From NCBI GenBank assembly GCA_963796705.1, contig CAWCMK010000007.1, forward strand, positions 6,641 through 70,640: a stretch of 64,000 bases of DNA, read 5' to 3'. The DNA comes from an uncultured Solirubrobacterales bacterium (lineage in GTDB: Bacteria; Actinomycetota; Thermoleophilia; Solirubrobacterales; 70-9). Under the pieces are notes generated by a model. That model was not told the DNA's origin, ran no database searches, and worked only from the letters and a program-made list of their open reading frames with translations. Of the stretch, positions 17,104-25,371 are shown in pieces; position 1 is the stretch's first letter, and the number at the start of each line of letters is the position of its first letter. The translations under genes and the position numbers were made by a program.

Positions 17104-19850
17104 CAGCCGGTCCTCCTCGCCGAGCTCGCGCGCCTATGTCGGCTGCGGTTGGCTTGTTTGCCACATGACAGGCGGATCTTCGGCCGCGTGTTGGCGCGCC
17201 GATTGCTCTGGCCCGTCATTTCCACTGTCGCCCGCCGGACGTGCGAGCAGAGGTTTTCGGCGCTGGTCTGCAGGAGGCCGCGCTTGCCTCCGAGCAAGCT
17301 CAGCGTGAACCTGGTCACAGGCACGTCGGGGACCGTCTGGAAGCTGGTCCTCAACCCGCCGTTCTTGCTGCTGACGACGCCGTCAAGATTGACATCGACC
17401 TGGCCTTTGAGCGCGGCGAGGACGTCGGGCAGCTTGTGCCCGTACCCGGTGGCGAGGTAGACGGTTCCTTCCAGCGGCTTTTCGAGCAACGGGGATTCGG
17501 CGCGCGCGCTGCCCATCACGGAGTTGGCGGGACAGCTTTCGGCGGCAAATTGGACCTTGGTGCAGGTGTTGCCGATGTGGCCGTTGTCCAGGATCAACGC
17601 TGGCGGCATCGTCACAACGGCCTTCGCGATGTTCGCTTCGCCAGGCTTCGCTGTCAGAGTCGCCGTGAGCGCCGGGTTCTGGGTCCGCTTGTTGCCGCCG
17701 CGGAGCCGCAGGGCGAGCTTTGGCCCGAACGGCAGTTCGGAGCAGTTGGCAGCCTGGAACGGCACCGCCGGGCTGGCTTCGCCTCCCTGGTCCCCGAAGA
17801 CCCGGGCCTGCAGCGAGAACCGGTCGCAGTTGGTCGGGTTGAGAGTAAAACCGGAGCGGTCGAGGTTGATCAGGACCTGCCGCAGCCGCAGCGGGACGCC
17901 GTCGACGATCTGAGGCAAGGGATCGGAGACGGCCGTCAGCTGGGCGCTCGTCGGATCGACATGGATCGCGGCGCGAACCACGACGTTGCCGAGGTCGTAG
18001 GGCCCCGAGACGGCCGGCGTCACGACCGCCAGACTGAGCGGAGCGCCCTTGTAGGGGCCCGCCAGGTAGACCGAGCCCGGCAGGTGCACCGGGTGGTCCC
18101 CGGCGCCGGCGGCGGTCGAGGAGCTCCCGATCCTGGAGCTGGCCGGGCAGCGCTGGCTGGCGAGCTCTTCGAGGCCCGAGACGGTGGTCGAGGCGGCGGC
18201 GAGGGTCGAGTCGGGGCAGTAGGTGACACCCGCCAGGGTGGCGCTGAAACCGGGGGGCGTGGTCACGTCCACCCCGGTCAGGTTCTGTTCGCCGTCAGCG
18301 CGATCCAGGGTCAGCGAGAAGGGAGAGTGCTGGCCCGCGGTCCGGTCGGCGACACCGCCGTGGAAGCTCGAGTTGAAGGAGCGCACGCCATTCGAGCAGC
18401 CGCTACCGCCCGGCCCGCTGGCGAGGGTGAAGTACTGGGTCGAGGTCTGTTCAGAGATCCCGGCGTCCCAGGGGGTGAAGGTGCTGCTCACCCCGTAGGT
18501 TCCACACTGGGTCGGCGTCGCCAGCAAAGCGCGTTCGGACCCGAAGAAGTGCATGTTGAATTCGGAGAACGGGGTTTGCGGCAGATCCTGGAAGGAGATG
18601 GTCAGCTGCCCCGTCCGTTCGTCGGCGATCACCGAGCCCGCCAGCTTGACGTGGACGTTGTAGCCATTGGCGGTGAGGATCAGCCGGTAGCGATCACCGG
18701 GCAGCGGGGTCCCCAGGTAGATGTAGCCGGGTATCGGCCCGGGCAGGGCCGAACTGTTGACGCTCAGGGTCCCGACCTTCGAGTCCTCGGGGCAGTGCGC
18801 TTCTTCGCGGGTACCGATCGAAGCTTCGGCGTTCGAGCAGGAGGTCTTCCCGTCGGCGGCGTTCGGATTGATGGTGAGGCCGGCCGGCAGGGCCACGGTC
18901 GTGCCGCGAATCTCCGACGGCGAGGAGACGTTCGGGCTCGACTGCTGCGGGACCTGGAGGTCGACGTCGAGCCCGGAGGGGCTGTCGGTCGCGGTGCCGG
19001 TCGGCTGCGCGTAGAGGCTCGGGTTGAAGGTCAGCTGGTCGCAGCCCGTGGTCGGCGGGTACGGGGTGGTGGCGTTGGTCACGCCTCTGTCGTAGGAGGT
19101 GATGCTGACGTTGGCCGCCAGGTTCTGCTGGTCGCAGGTCGTCGGATTGCTGAGGAACGCCTTTTCGGGCGCGTTCGATCGGGTCGGTGGGTTCTGGCCT
19201 TCGAGGAACGAGTCCCACCCGGTCGGGAAGCGTTCGGCGTCGTTTTCCGAGGCTGCCGGCACGCCCCAGAGCTTCTCTTCGACGAAGGCGAGCGGCAGGA
19301 GGTGGGTGATGTTGACCGTGGTCACGTCGAGGCCGTAGTCGCTCTCGGTCCGCGAGTTGATCGACTGGAATATCGGGAAATGCAGGAACGGGAAGGTCAT
19401 GCCGATCAGGCCGGCATCGCCCGGATGGGGTTCGAGGTTGTATACGGCGATCAGACCGAAGCCTTCGGTGCCCGGCGGTTCGGCGTTGACGCTGATGGTC
19501 GCCGTCCCGACCTGTGTCTCGGGCGGGCAGTTTTCGGTGGCGAAGTCTTCCGCGTCACAGGTCGGCGTCGCGTGCGGGTCGCCGATCACCCCGGGAGGCA
19601 TTTCGACGTTGATATCCCTGGCATCCTGACAATCGCAGGTGGGAGGAGGGATGTGCTGGGTATAGCGATTTCCCACCCAGACCACGGTTTCGAGATTCGG
19701 GTGCCCGCCGGCCTGGGTGTTCGAGGGAGTCACTTCGAACTGGTAGATCGGGGAGTCCGCGGCAGCGCGCCCCGGCGCCAGTGCGGCGAGCAGGGCGACG
19801 GCGGCGATCGCGGTCGCGCAGAGCACGGGGATGATGCGCTTGCGTGTCAT
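17103..19850 (-). CDS. Giant secreted protein B (916 aa), paralogue of D
   Basis: I take the start at ATG 19850 (MTRKRIIPVLCATAIAAVALLAALAPGRAAA, a clean signal peptide). The ORF-track extension to 20198 overlaps the end of gene A and is low-complexity. Motifs TQAGGHPNL, DSPSGLDV, GQLTISFQDLPQTPFSEF, KGAPLSLAVVTPAVSGPYDLG. The protein ends ...RLSCGKQANRSRHRRASSARRTG. Confidence 0.85.
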   Translation of the reverse strand: MTRKRIIPVLCATAIAAVALLAALAPGRAAADSPIYQFEVTPSNTQAGGHPNLETVVWVGNRYTQHIPPPTCDCQDARDINVEMPPGVIGDPHATPTCDAEDFATENCPPETQVGTATISVNAEPPGTEGFGLIAVYNLEPHPGDAGLIGMTFPFLHFPIFQSINSRTESDYGLDVTTVNITHLLPLAFVEEKLWGVPAASENDAERFPTGWDSFLEGQNPPTRSNAPEKAFLSNPTTCDQQNLAANVSITSYDRGVTNATTPYPPTTGCDQLTFNPSLYAQPTGTATDSPSGLDVDLQVPQQSSPNVSSPSEIRGTTVALPAGLTINPNAADGKTSCSNAEASIGTREEAHCPEDSKVGTLSVNSSALPGPIPGYIYLGTPLPGDRYRLILTANGYNVHVKLAGSVIADERTGQLTISFQDLPQTPFSEFNMHFFGSERALLATPTQCGTYGVSSTFTPWDAGISEQTSTQYFTLASGPGGSGCSNGVRSFNSSFHGGVADRTAGQHSPFSLTLDRADGEQNLTGVDVTTPPGFSATLAGVTYCPDSTLAAASTTVSGLEELASQRCPASSRIGSSSTAAGAGDHPVHLPGSVYLAGPYKGAPLSLAVVTPAVSGPYDLGNVVVRAAIHVDPTSAQLTAVSDPLPQIVDGVPLRLRQVLINLDRSGFTLNPTNCDRFSLQARVFGDQGGEASPAVPFQAANCSELPFGPKLALRLRGGNKRTQNPALTATLTAKPGEANIAKAVVTMPPALILDNGHIGNTCTKVQFAAESCPANSVMGSARAESPLLEKPLEGTVYLATGYGHKLPDVLAALKGQVDVNLDGVVSSKNGGLRTSFQTVPDVPVTRFTLSLLGGKRGLLQTSAENLCSHVRRATVEMTGQSNRRANTRPKIRLSCGKQANRSRHRRASSARRTG

Positions 19851-19881
19851 CACGGGGATCAGCGTCTCGCTTGCGATCTGG

Positions 19882-22800
19882 CTAGGCACGGTTGTTCCCC
19901 CGCTTGTGCTTACGATGGTGCTTTGCCTTGTGCTTCCTCCGCTTCTGCTTGGGCTTCGACTTGTGCGCGCTCGGGTTGGGCGCGTTGCCGCGCGAGCCGA
20001 GGTCGCCTTCGCTGGTGACCGTCGGGGCGGCGGGCGCGGCGTTGCCTTCGCCATGGCACTCATCGGCGGCTTCGCAGGGCGCCAGGGCCGGTTCGTAGGG
20101 GAAGCCGCCGTCGGTGCGGGCGTCGTAGTAGGCGAGGAACGGGCCGTTGTGGTTCTGCGGCACGAGGATGTCGCGGGTCGAGAAGTAGACGTTGACACCG
20201 TCGGCGCTGACCCCCGCGAGCCCTTCTTCGCCGGCGTTGCCGGAGCCGCCGTAAATCGCGTGTCTGGTCAAGGTCGTCCCGGTCCCGGTGGTGATCAGCT
20301 GGGGCCGGCCTTCGGTGTACTCGTAGACGTCCAGCTGTTCGTTGGTGTCGGTCGGGACCAGGGGATCCTTGGTGGCGAAGAACGTCCGCCCGTCGTTCGA
20401 CATGAAGATCCCCATTTTGCTGGCTTCGACGTTGAAGGCCGGGGGCTGGCCGTCGGGGCGGCAGGAGACGCAGATGAGCTTCCGCGCGGCCGGTTCGTAG
20501 GCGTACATCTCCTTGAGGCCCACGTTGTCGTAACCGGTCAGCTTGGTGGTGGTGATGAAAGCCATGTGACCGTCGTTAGGCGAAACCTGCATACGGGTGA
20601 TCGGGCCGTGTTCCCCGCTGGACGGGTTCAACGAGGCGACGAACTGCGGCTCGCCGTTGCGGTAGACGTAGAGGTTCTCCCTGTTCGGCGTCCCCTTCCT
20701 GCCGTCGAGCTGTTCGGGCGAGTAGAAGTAGATTTCGCCGGATTCAGAGGAAATCGAGTTGTCGGTGAGAGTTTCGCCGGTGACCGCCGCGACACCACAT
20801 TGGGTCGTCCAGGTTGCGGTGCATTCGTCGCTGTTGCCGCTGCCTTCGGCTTCGGGCCCGGCTTTCGAGACGAGCGTCAGTTTGTCCCCTTCCTCACTCC
20901 ACATGTAGAGGTCGACGCTTTCGTCGGTGTCTTCGGAGGTGAGCTGTTCCGGCGAGGTGAAGAAAACCCTGGTGCCGTCGGCGGTCATGCCAACGTAGTT
21001 GACGTCTTTTTTGTCCGAGACTTCGTAGGTCACCGCGTCGTTGACCCTCATGTAGAGACGGGTGGGCTTCGGCGGTTCGTTGAAGTGGTTGTAGGGCGCG
21101 CTCGCCGTCGACATCAGGATGTGCGTCCCGTCCGTCGACACACCCGGGTGCGCGGGCGATGCCATCGAACCGTAGCCGTATCCACCGTATTCGGGATTTA
21201 CGCCTGGGAAGAGAATGGCCTCTTCGGTAGCGCTGGTGTTGCCGGGCTCCTGTTGGATGTCTTCGCCGTTCGCATCTTTGGAGATCAGCGCCGTCGTGCC
21301 GGTCGCCGCGTTGTAGTCATACGCCGAGCCGACCCCGGTCGTGAGCCCTCCGGGTGCGAATGCGATGTTGGTCGAGGAAATTGCCAGGTGGCTCAAATCC
21401 GGCGAGGGCTGGAACGCGCCTTTGCTTTCTTCGACATTCGGGATGCTTTCGAAGTTCTGTGGCCACCTTTCCAGCAGGTTTCCTTCACTGTCCCAGACGT
21501 ACGGGATGCTATGGGGCGGCTGCGGTTCTCCTTCGAAGCCACCGTTTTCGCGGAAGTCCAGGAACTTGCTGAAGTTCGCGTTGGCAAATAGCGCGCCTGC
21601 GGCGGTTCCTTCATATCCCCGCAATCCGACCAGGTGGGTTTTCCAGCCGGTGTTCGTGCGGGTCGCGATGTAGGTGTCGGCGCCAAGAGCATTGGTCGGT
21701 TCGGTTCCGTTGACGCCACCGAGGTATCCGTTGAAGGCGAACCTCGGGGGACTGACCGCGTAAGGATCCGCGTCGGGCTCGGCGTTGGTCAGCTCGACAT
21801 TGCCGGTTTCTTCGGGGGAGACGAGCTCAAAGGCGCGACAGTCCGGCAGGTACTGGCTTTCGTTCTGCTGGCGCACGGTCGAGTTAGGGCAAGTCTGCGG
21901 GTAGAAGTTGAAGCTCTGGTCTTCGGTGCGAACCGCACCCCATTTACTTTCGGCGACGACCCTGAAGTGATAGAGAACTCCCTGGAGTTCTGTGAGGTGC
22001 ACCACGACGGCTTCGGAGGCGTTGCCGGCGGGTAGCGTTTGGCTCGGAGTGACCGAGCCATACTGGGTCGTCGGCCCGTATTCGATGTAATAGGTTGTTT
22101 CGAAGCCGTGCGGATTGACCTCTGCGTCGATGTCCGCCGACGTGGCCGTCAGATGGCTGCTCGTGGCGGCTTCGATCGAGGGCAGTTCGTAGGTTTTGAA
22201 GCTCTTATCGGTCCCCTTGGAGACGCCGATCGAGTTTTCGGCGACGACGCGATAGTGATAGGTGAACCCGGGTTCCAGGCCCGTGATTTCGGAGGAGACG
22301 TGGGTCAGTTCCGTCGTCACGCCGGCGTCTTCGCCAGGCGGAATCGCGGTCTTGTGACCGTAGGCGGTGGTCTGGCCCCATTCAAAGTAGTAATGGGTGT
22401 CTTCTCCGGTCCCTTCGTATTTGGCGTTGAGAAGGGCCGAGTTCTGGGTAATTTCCGTAGCCGCTTCGGTGCCAAGGCCTTTGACGTTGTGCGGTGTGAT
22501 GGTCTTGTCGGCACCCCTGCCGATGACGTGCGGTTCACCGTTTGTCAGCACAAGGCGGTAGTGGTAGGTTTCCTCGCCAACGAGTCCCGGCAGGTTCGCG
22601 TGGACCGTCTCTTCGCTTGAAATCGGCGTCGACTCCGAGCAGTTCTGTTTGCTGCCGTAGGCGCTCGTCAGGCCGTATTCGAAATAGCATTCGGTGATCG
22701 GACCGACCCCATTGGGATCCGCAGTGCCGCTCACTTCGCTGTTCCCCGTCGGTTCGCCGGTTGTCGCCTTCGGGGTGGTTAGCCCGAGGTATTCGACTAT

Positions 22801-23730
22801 GTAGCCGCTGGAGCCCGAGCCGATGGTGACGAAGAGGGTGTCGGTCGCTTCGTCGACGGCGAGGCCGTGCCCTCCGTTTTCGGGGAGGGTGATCGTTTCA
22901 ACGAGACTCGCGGTTTCGGTGTCATAAACATTGACAGTCGTGCCGCCGTTGCCAACGTAGAGCTTGTGTTCGGCGTCGTTGACGGCGAGGCCAGGTTCGC
23001 CTGAAGGCGCCGGGAAGCTGAGTTTGGTCGTGTAGCCGCTTTCGGCGGTGAACTTGACCAGCTGGCCGCCGCCGTAGGAGGCGGCATAAACGTCACCGTT
23101 TGCGTGATCGACTGCAAGCTTGCAGAGGCTGAAACCGATTTCGATCGATCCAGTGGCGGTCCCAGCAGCCGAGTATTTGAAGACTTTGTGTTGCGTGTAG
23201 TCGCCGGCCCAGGGTCCGCCACCCGGCCCGACGTCAACGCCGCAGATTTCGCCGCCGCCAGGGATGACGACCGGCCACGGCGCGCCGAGCGCGTTACCGC
23301 TCGAGTTCCAGCCGTAGATCCTTTCGCTGCTGCCGGACTGGACGCCGTAGATGTTGCCGGCCCCCGAGCTTTCCACTTCGATGTCGGGTTCCCCGCATTC
23401 GGTGCTGATCCCGGCACTGAAGGGGAATTTGCCGCCGAGTGGAGTCGCCGATCCGGAGCTGATGGCGAGGCCGTAGATCTTGCCTTCAGAGGCGAGGTAG
23501 AGGTCCCCGGAAGAGCCGTTGTAGGCGATGTGGCAGCCAAAGCCGACACCGCTCGATTTCGGGCCTTCCTTGCCGTATTCGCCGGTGACTTCGGTATGTT
23601 CGCTGGCGAGGCTCTGTGACACCGGCAGGGCGAGCAGCAACCAGGCCGCGGCGCAGAAGGTTGCGACACCGGCGCGCACCGATGCGGTCCTCAGGCGATC
23701 GCCGCGGCCCAGGTTCTCCTCTGCCCTCAA
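19882..23730 (-). CDS. Giant secreted protein A (1282 aa): N-terminal beta-propeller-like region, three Fn3-like units, PD40/TolB-like repeats and a polybasic C-terminal tail
   Basis: TTG start at 23730 with AAGGAG 7 nt upstream. Signal peptide VATFCAAAWLLLALPVSQSLA-SE. Fn3-like signatures ECYFEYGLTSAYG, HYYFEWGQTTAYG, TYYIEYGPTTQYG, each followed by (T/L)YH(Y/F)R(L/V)V. Junction CPNSTVRQQ...LPDCRAFELVS. PD40-like NDGRTFFATKDPLVPTDTNEQLDVYEY. C-terminal CEAADECHG and KSKPKQKRRKHKAKHHRKHKRGNNRA. Confidence 0.9.
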   Translation of the reverse strand: MRAEENLGRGDRLRTASVRAGVATFCAAAWLLLALPVSQSLASEHTEVTGEYGKEGPKSSGVGFGCHIAYNGSSGDLYLASEGKIYGLAISSGSATPLGGKFPFSAGISTECGEPDIEVESSGAGNIYGVQSGSSERIYGWNSSGNALGAPWPVVIPGGGEICGVDVGPGGGPWAGDYTQHKVFKYSAAGTATGSIEIGFSLCKLAVDHANGDVYAASYGGGQLVKFTAESGYTTKLSFPAPSGEPGLAVNDAEHKLYVGNGGTTVNVYDTETASLVETITLPENGGHGLAVDEATDTLFVTIGSGSSGYIVEYLGLTTPKATTGEPTGNSEVSGTADPNGVGPITECYFEYGLTSAYGSKQNCSESTPISSEETVHANLPGLVGEETYHYRLVLTNGEPHVIGRGADKTITPHNVKGLGTEAATEITQNSALLNAKYEGTGEDTHYYFEWGQTTAYGHKTAIPPGEDAGVTTELTHVSSEITGLEPGFTYHYRVVAENSIGVSKGTDKSFKTYELPSIEAATSSHLTATSADIDAEVNPHGFETTYYIEYGPTTQYGSVTPSQTLPAGNASEAVVVHLTELQGVLYHFRVVAESKWGAVRTEDQSFNFYPQTCPNSTVRQQNESQYLPDCRAFELVSPEETGNVELTNAEPDADPYAVSPPRFAFNGYLGGVNGTEPTNALGADTYIATRTNTGWKTHLVGLRGYEGTAAGALFANANFSKFLDFRENGGFEGEPQPPHSIPYVWDSEGNLLERWPQNFESIPNVEESKGAFQPSPDLSHLAISSTNIAFAPGGLTTGVGSAYDYNAATGTTALISKDANGEDIQQEPGNTSATEEAILFPGVNPEYGGYGYGSMASPAHPGVSTDGTHILMSTASAPYNHFNEPPKPTRLYMRVNDAVTYEVSDKKDVNYVGMTADGTRVFFTSPEQLTSEDTDESVDLYMWSEEGDKLTLVSKAGPEAEGSGNSDECTATWTTQCGVAAVTGETLTDNSISSESGEIYFYSPEQLDGRKGTPNRENLYVYRNGEPQFVASLNPSSGEHGPITRMQVSPNDGHMAFITTTKLTGYDNVGLKEMYAYEPAARKLICVSCRPDGQPPAFNVEASKMGIFMSNDGRTFFATKDPLVPTDTNEQLDVYEYTEGRPQLITTGTGTTLTRHAIYGGSGNAGEEGLAGVSADGVNVYFSTRDILVPQNHNGPFLAYYDARTDGGFPYEPALAPCEAADECHGEGNAAPAAPTVTSEGDLGSRGNAPNPSAHKSKPKQKRRKHKAKHHRKHKRGNNRA

Positions 23731-23842
23731 GCTTCTTCTCCTTGACCGGCCGTCTTCCCCTGCCCGTGATTCCCTGTGGTGGGCGTGGGGCCCCTGGCCC
23801 TGTCGATTGATGTCCCAGCCCGCTCCCTAGCGAGCAAGCGGC

Positions 23843-23872
23843 ACTGTAAACGGGTTCGTGCATTTTTGTCAA
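23843..23872 (-). promoter_or_regulatory. Predicted promoter of the A-B-C-D operon
   Basis: On the minus strand: TTGACA (23872-23867), 18-nt spacer, TACAGT (23848-23843). This predicts a ~105-nt leader before the AAGGAG/TTG start of gene A. The -35 lies inside motif site 1. Confidence 0.55.
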
Positions 23873-23881
23873 GCCCGGTAC
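23867..23881 (+). promoter_or_regulatory. Motif site 1: TGTCAAGCCCGGTAC (candidate TetR operator overlapping the operon -35)
   Basis: One of four sites matching TGTCAAG-N4-GTAC with identical spacing. It lies in the divergent region between gene A and the first double-TetR gene. Confidence 0.5.
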
Positions 23882-23890
23882 GCGAGAAAA

Positions 23891-23905
23891 TGTAAAAGTC
23901 GGTAC
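23891..23905 (+). promoter_or_regulatory. Degenerate second copy of the motif: TGTAAAAGTCGGTAC
   Basis: Same length and spacing as site 1, 24 bp downstream (start to start), with 2 mismatches in the heptamer. It ends 5 nt before GTG 23911. Confidence 0.3.
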
Positions 23906-23910
23906 CAGAA

Positions 23911-25308
23911 GTGTCAGCGATCGGACATTTCGCTGTCATATCTCGTACACGCCAAATAATGGCCTGCGGGTTATGGTCTGCCGCCGGGATGGTGCCTGGG
24001 GAGCTAGGTTCTCAGCCGGTCGAGCCGCTTTTCCCTCAGCTCATCGAGGGACTGCGGGGCATGCCTCCTGCCGCGGTCGCAGAGCACCAGCGCATCCGGC
24101 TCGAGGCGGCGATGGTCGAGGCGGTGGCCCGTCATGGATACGCCGGGACAACCCTGCGCGAGCTCGTTCGGATCGCAGGCGTTTCCAAGTCGACCTTCTA
24201 CGACCACTTCGAGACCAAGCAGGACGCGTTCCTTGCAACCGCGGACTCGATCGTGACCCAGATCAGCGAACGGGTGCGGGTCGCCTATCGGGAGGGCTCA
24301 GACCATCGCGACCGACTCGTCCGGGCGCTCGCCACCTTCATGGATCTGGTCGCCAGCGAGCCGCAGGCCGCCACACTGACCATCGTCGAGACGCTCAGCC
24401 TCGGCCGGGCTGGGATCGAGGCCCGCGATCGCGGCTCGGAGGTATTCGAAGAGGCCTTGCGGAGCAGCTTCGAAAGCTCGGCCTCCAAGGTCGAGGTCCC
24501 GCTGCGCACCGTCAACGCGATAGCCGCCGGATTTCGCGGCGTCGTCTACCGCAACCTGCGCGCCGGCACCGCCAGCGCACTTCCCGGCCTCGTCGAGGCA
24601 TTGGCCGACTGGGCCCTCGGATATCAGGTGGCACCGAACGCCGCGGTGCGGCGCGCCGCCGTGGCGGCGGCCAGGCCGGCACCGGCCGCCGAGCGGAACG
24701 CCGAGGCACTCGATTGGAGCGAGCCTCCGGACAGCCCTCGCAGTCGTGTCCAGCTGAGCCAGCGCGAGCGAATCGTCCGCGCAATCGGCCTCCTGGTCGT
24801 CGAGAGAGGCTATGAGACACTGACGATTCCCGCGATCTCCGCGACCGCCGGGACATCGAATCAGACCTTCTACGAACACTTTGAAAACAAACGCGAGGCC
24901 TTCGTGGCGGCATTTGACGACAGCGCCGCCGAGGCCCTGGAGGCGACAACCCGTGCCTTCCGAACCTCCCAGGGCCCGGAGGCAATCGGGGTCGCACTGC
25001 GCGCGATGCTCCAATACATCGCCGCCCACCCGCTCTTCGCTCGGCTTGCCTTCTTCGATCTGCAGACCGCCGGCCCGGCGGCGCTGGACCGCGCAGATTC
25101 CGTGATGAGAAGCTTCGGTGCATTCCTGGAACCAGGCGTGGCTCCCGAGGAGCTCAACGTCGGGCCGTCGGAGACCGTCCTGCAGGCGATAACCAGCGGT
25201 GCCTGGGGCGTAATCCAGCATGAGCTTGCACACGAGAAAATCGAGACGCTGCCCGAGCTCGCCCCAGAGCTTGCCCAGATAGTCCTTGGGTCGCTACCCT
25301 CGACCTAG
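23911..25308 (+). CDS. Single-chain double TetR-family regulator (two complete TetR units in one polypeptide)
   Basis: First HTH: GYAGTTLRELVRIAGVSKSTFYDHFETKQDAF. Second HTH ~220 aa later: GYETLTIPAISATAGTSNQTFYEHFENKREAF. Each is followed by a helical ligand-domain-sized region. The start is uncertain (GTG 23911, ATG 23959 or later). Confidence 0.8.
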   Translation: MSAIGHFAVISRTRQIMACGLWSAAGMVPGELGSQPVEPLFPQLIEGLRGMPPAAVAEHQRIRLEAAMVEAVARHGYAGTTLRELVRIAGVSKSTFYDHFETKQDAFLATADSIVTQISERVRVAYREGSDHRDRLVRALATFMDLVASEPQAATLTIVETLSLGRAGIEARDRGSEVFEEALRSSFESSASKVEVPLRTVNAIAAGFRGVVYRNLRAGTASALPGLVEALADWALGYQVAPNAAVRRAAVAAARPAPAAERNAEALDWSEPPDSPRSRVQLSQRERIVRAIGLLVVERGYETLTIPAISATAGTSNQTFYEHFENKREAFVAAFDDSAAEALEATTRAFRTSQGPEAIGVALRAMLQYIAAHPLFARLAFFDLQTAGPAALDRADSVMRSFGAFLEPGVAPEELNVGPSETVLQAITSGAWGVIQHELAHEKIETLPELAPELAQIVLGSLPST

Positions 25309-25356
25309 GCTCCAGCGGGCGCCGGTCCCCCGCAACTTGGAGCTTGGGAGCGGATC

Positions 25357-25371
25357 TGTCAAGCTGCGTAC
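25357..25371 (+). promoter_or_regulatory. Motif site 2: TGTCAAGCTGCGTAC, abutting the ATG of the second double-TetR gene
   Basis: Exact match to TGTCAAG-N4-GTAC. The GTAC is immediately followed by ATG 25372. Confidence 0.45.
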
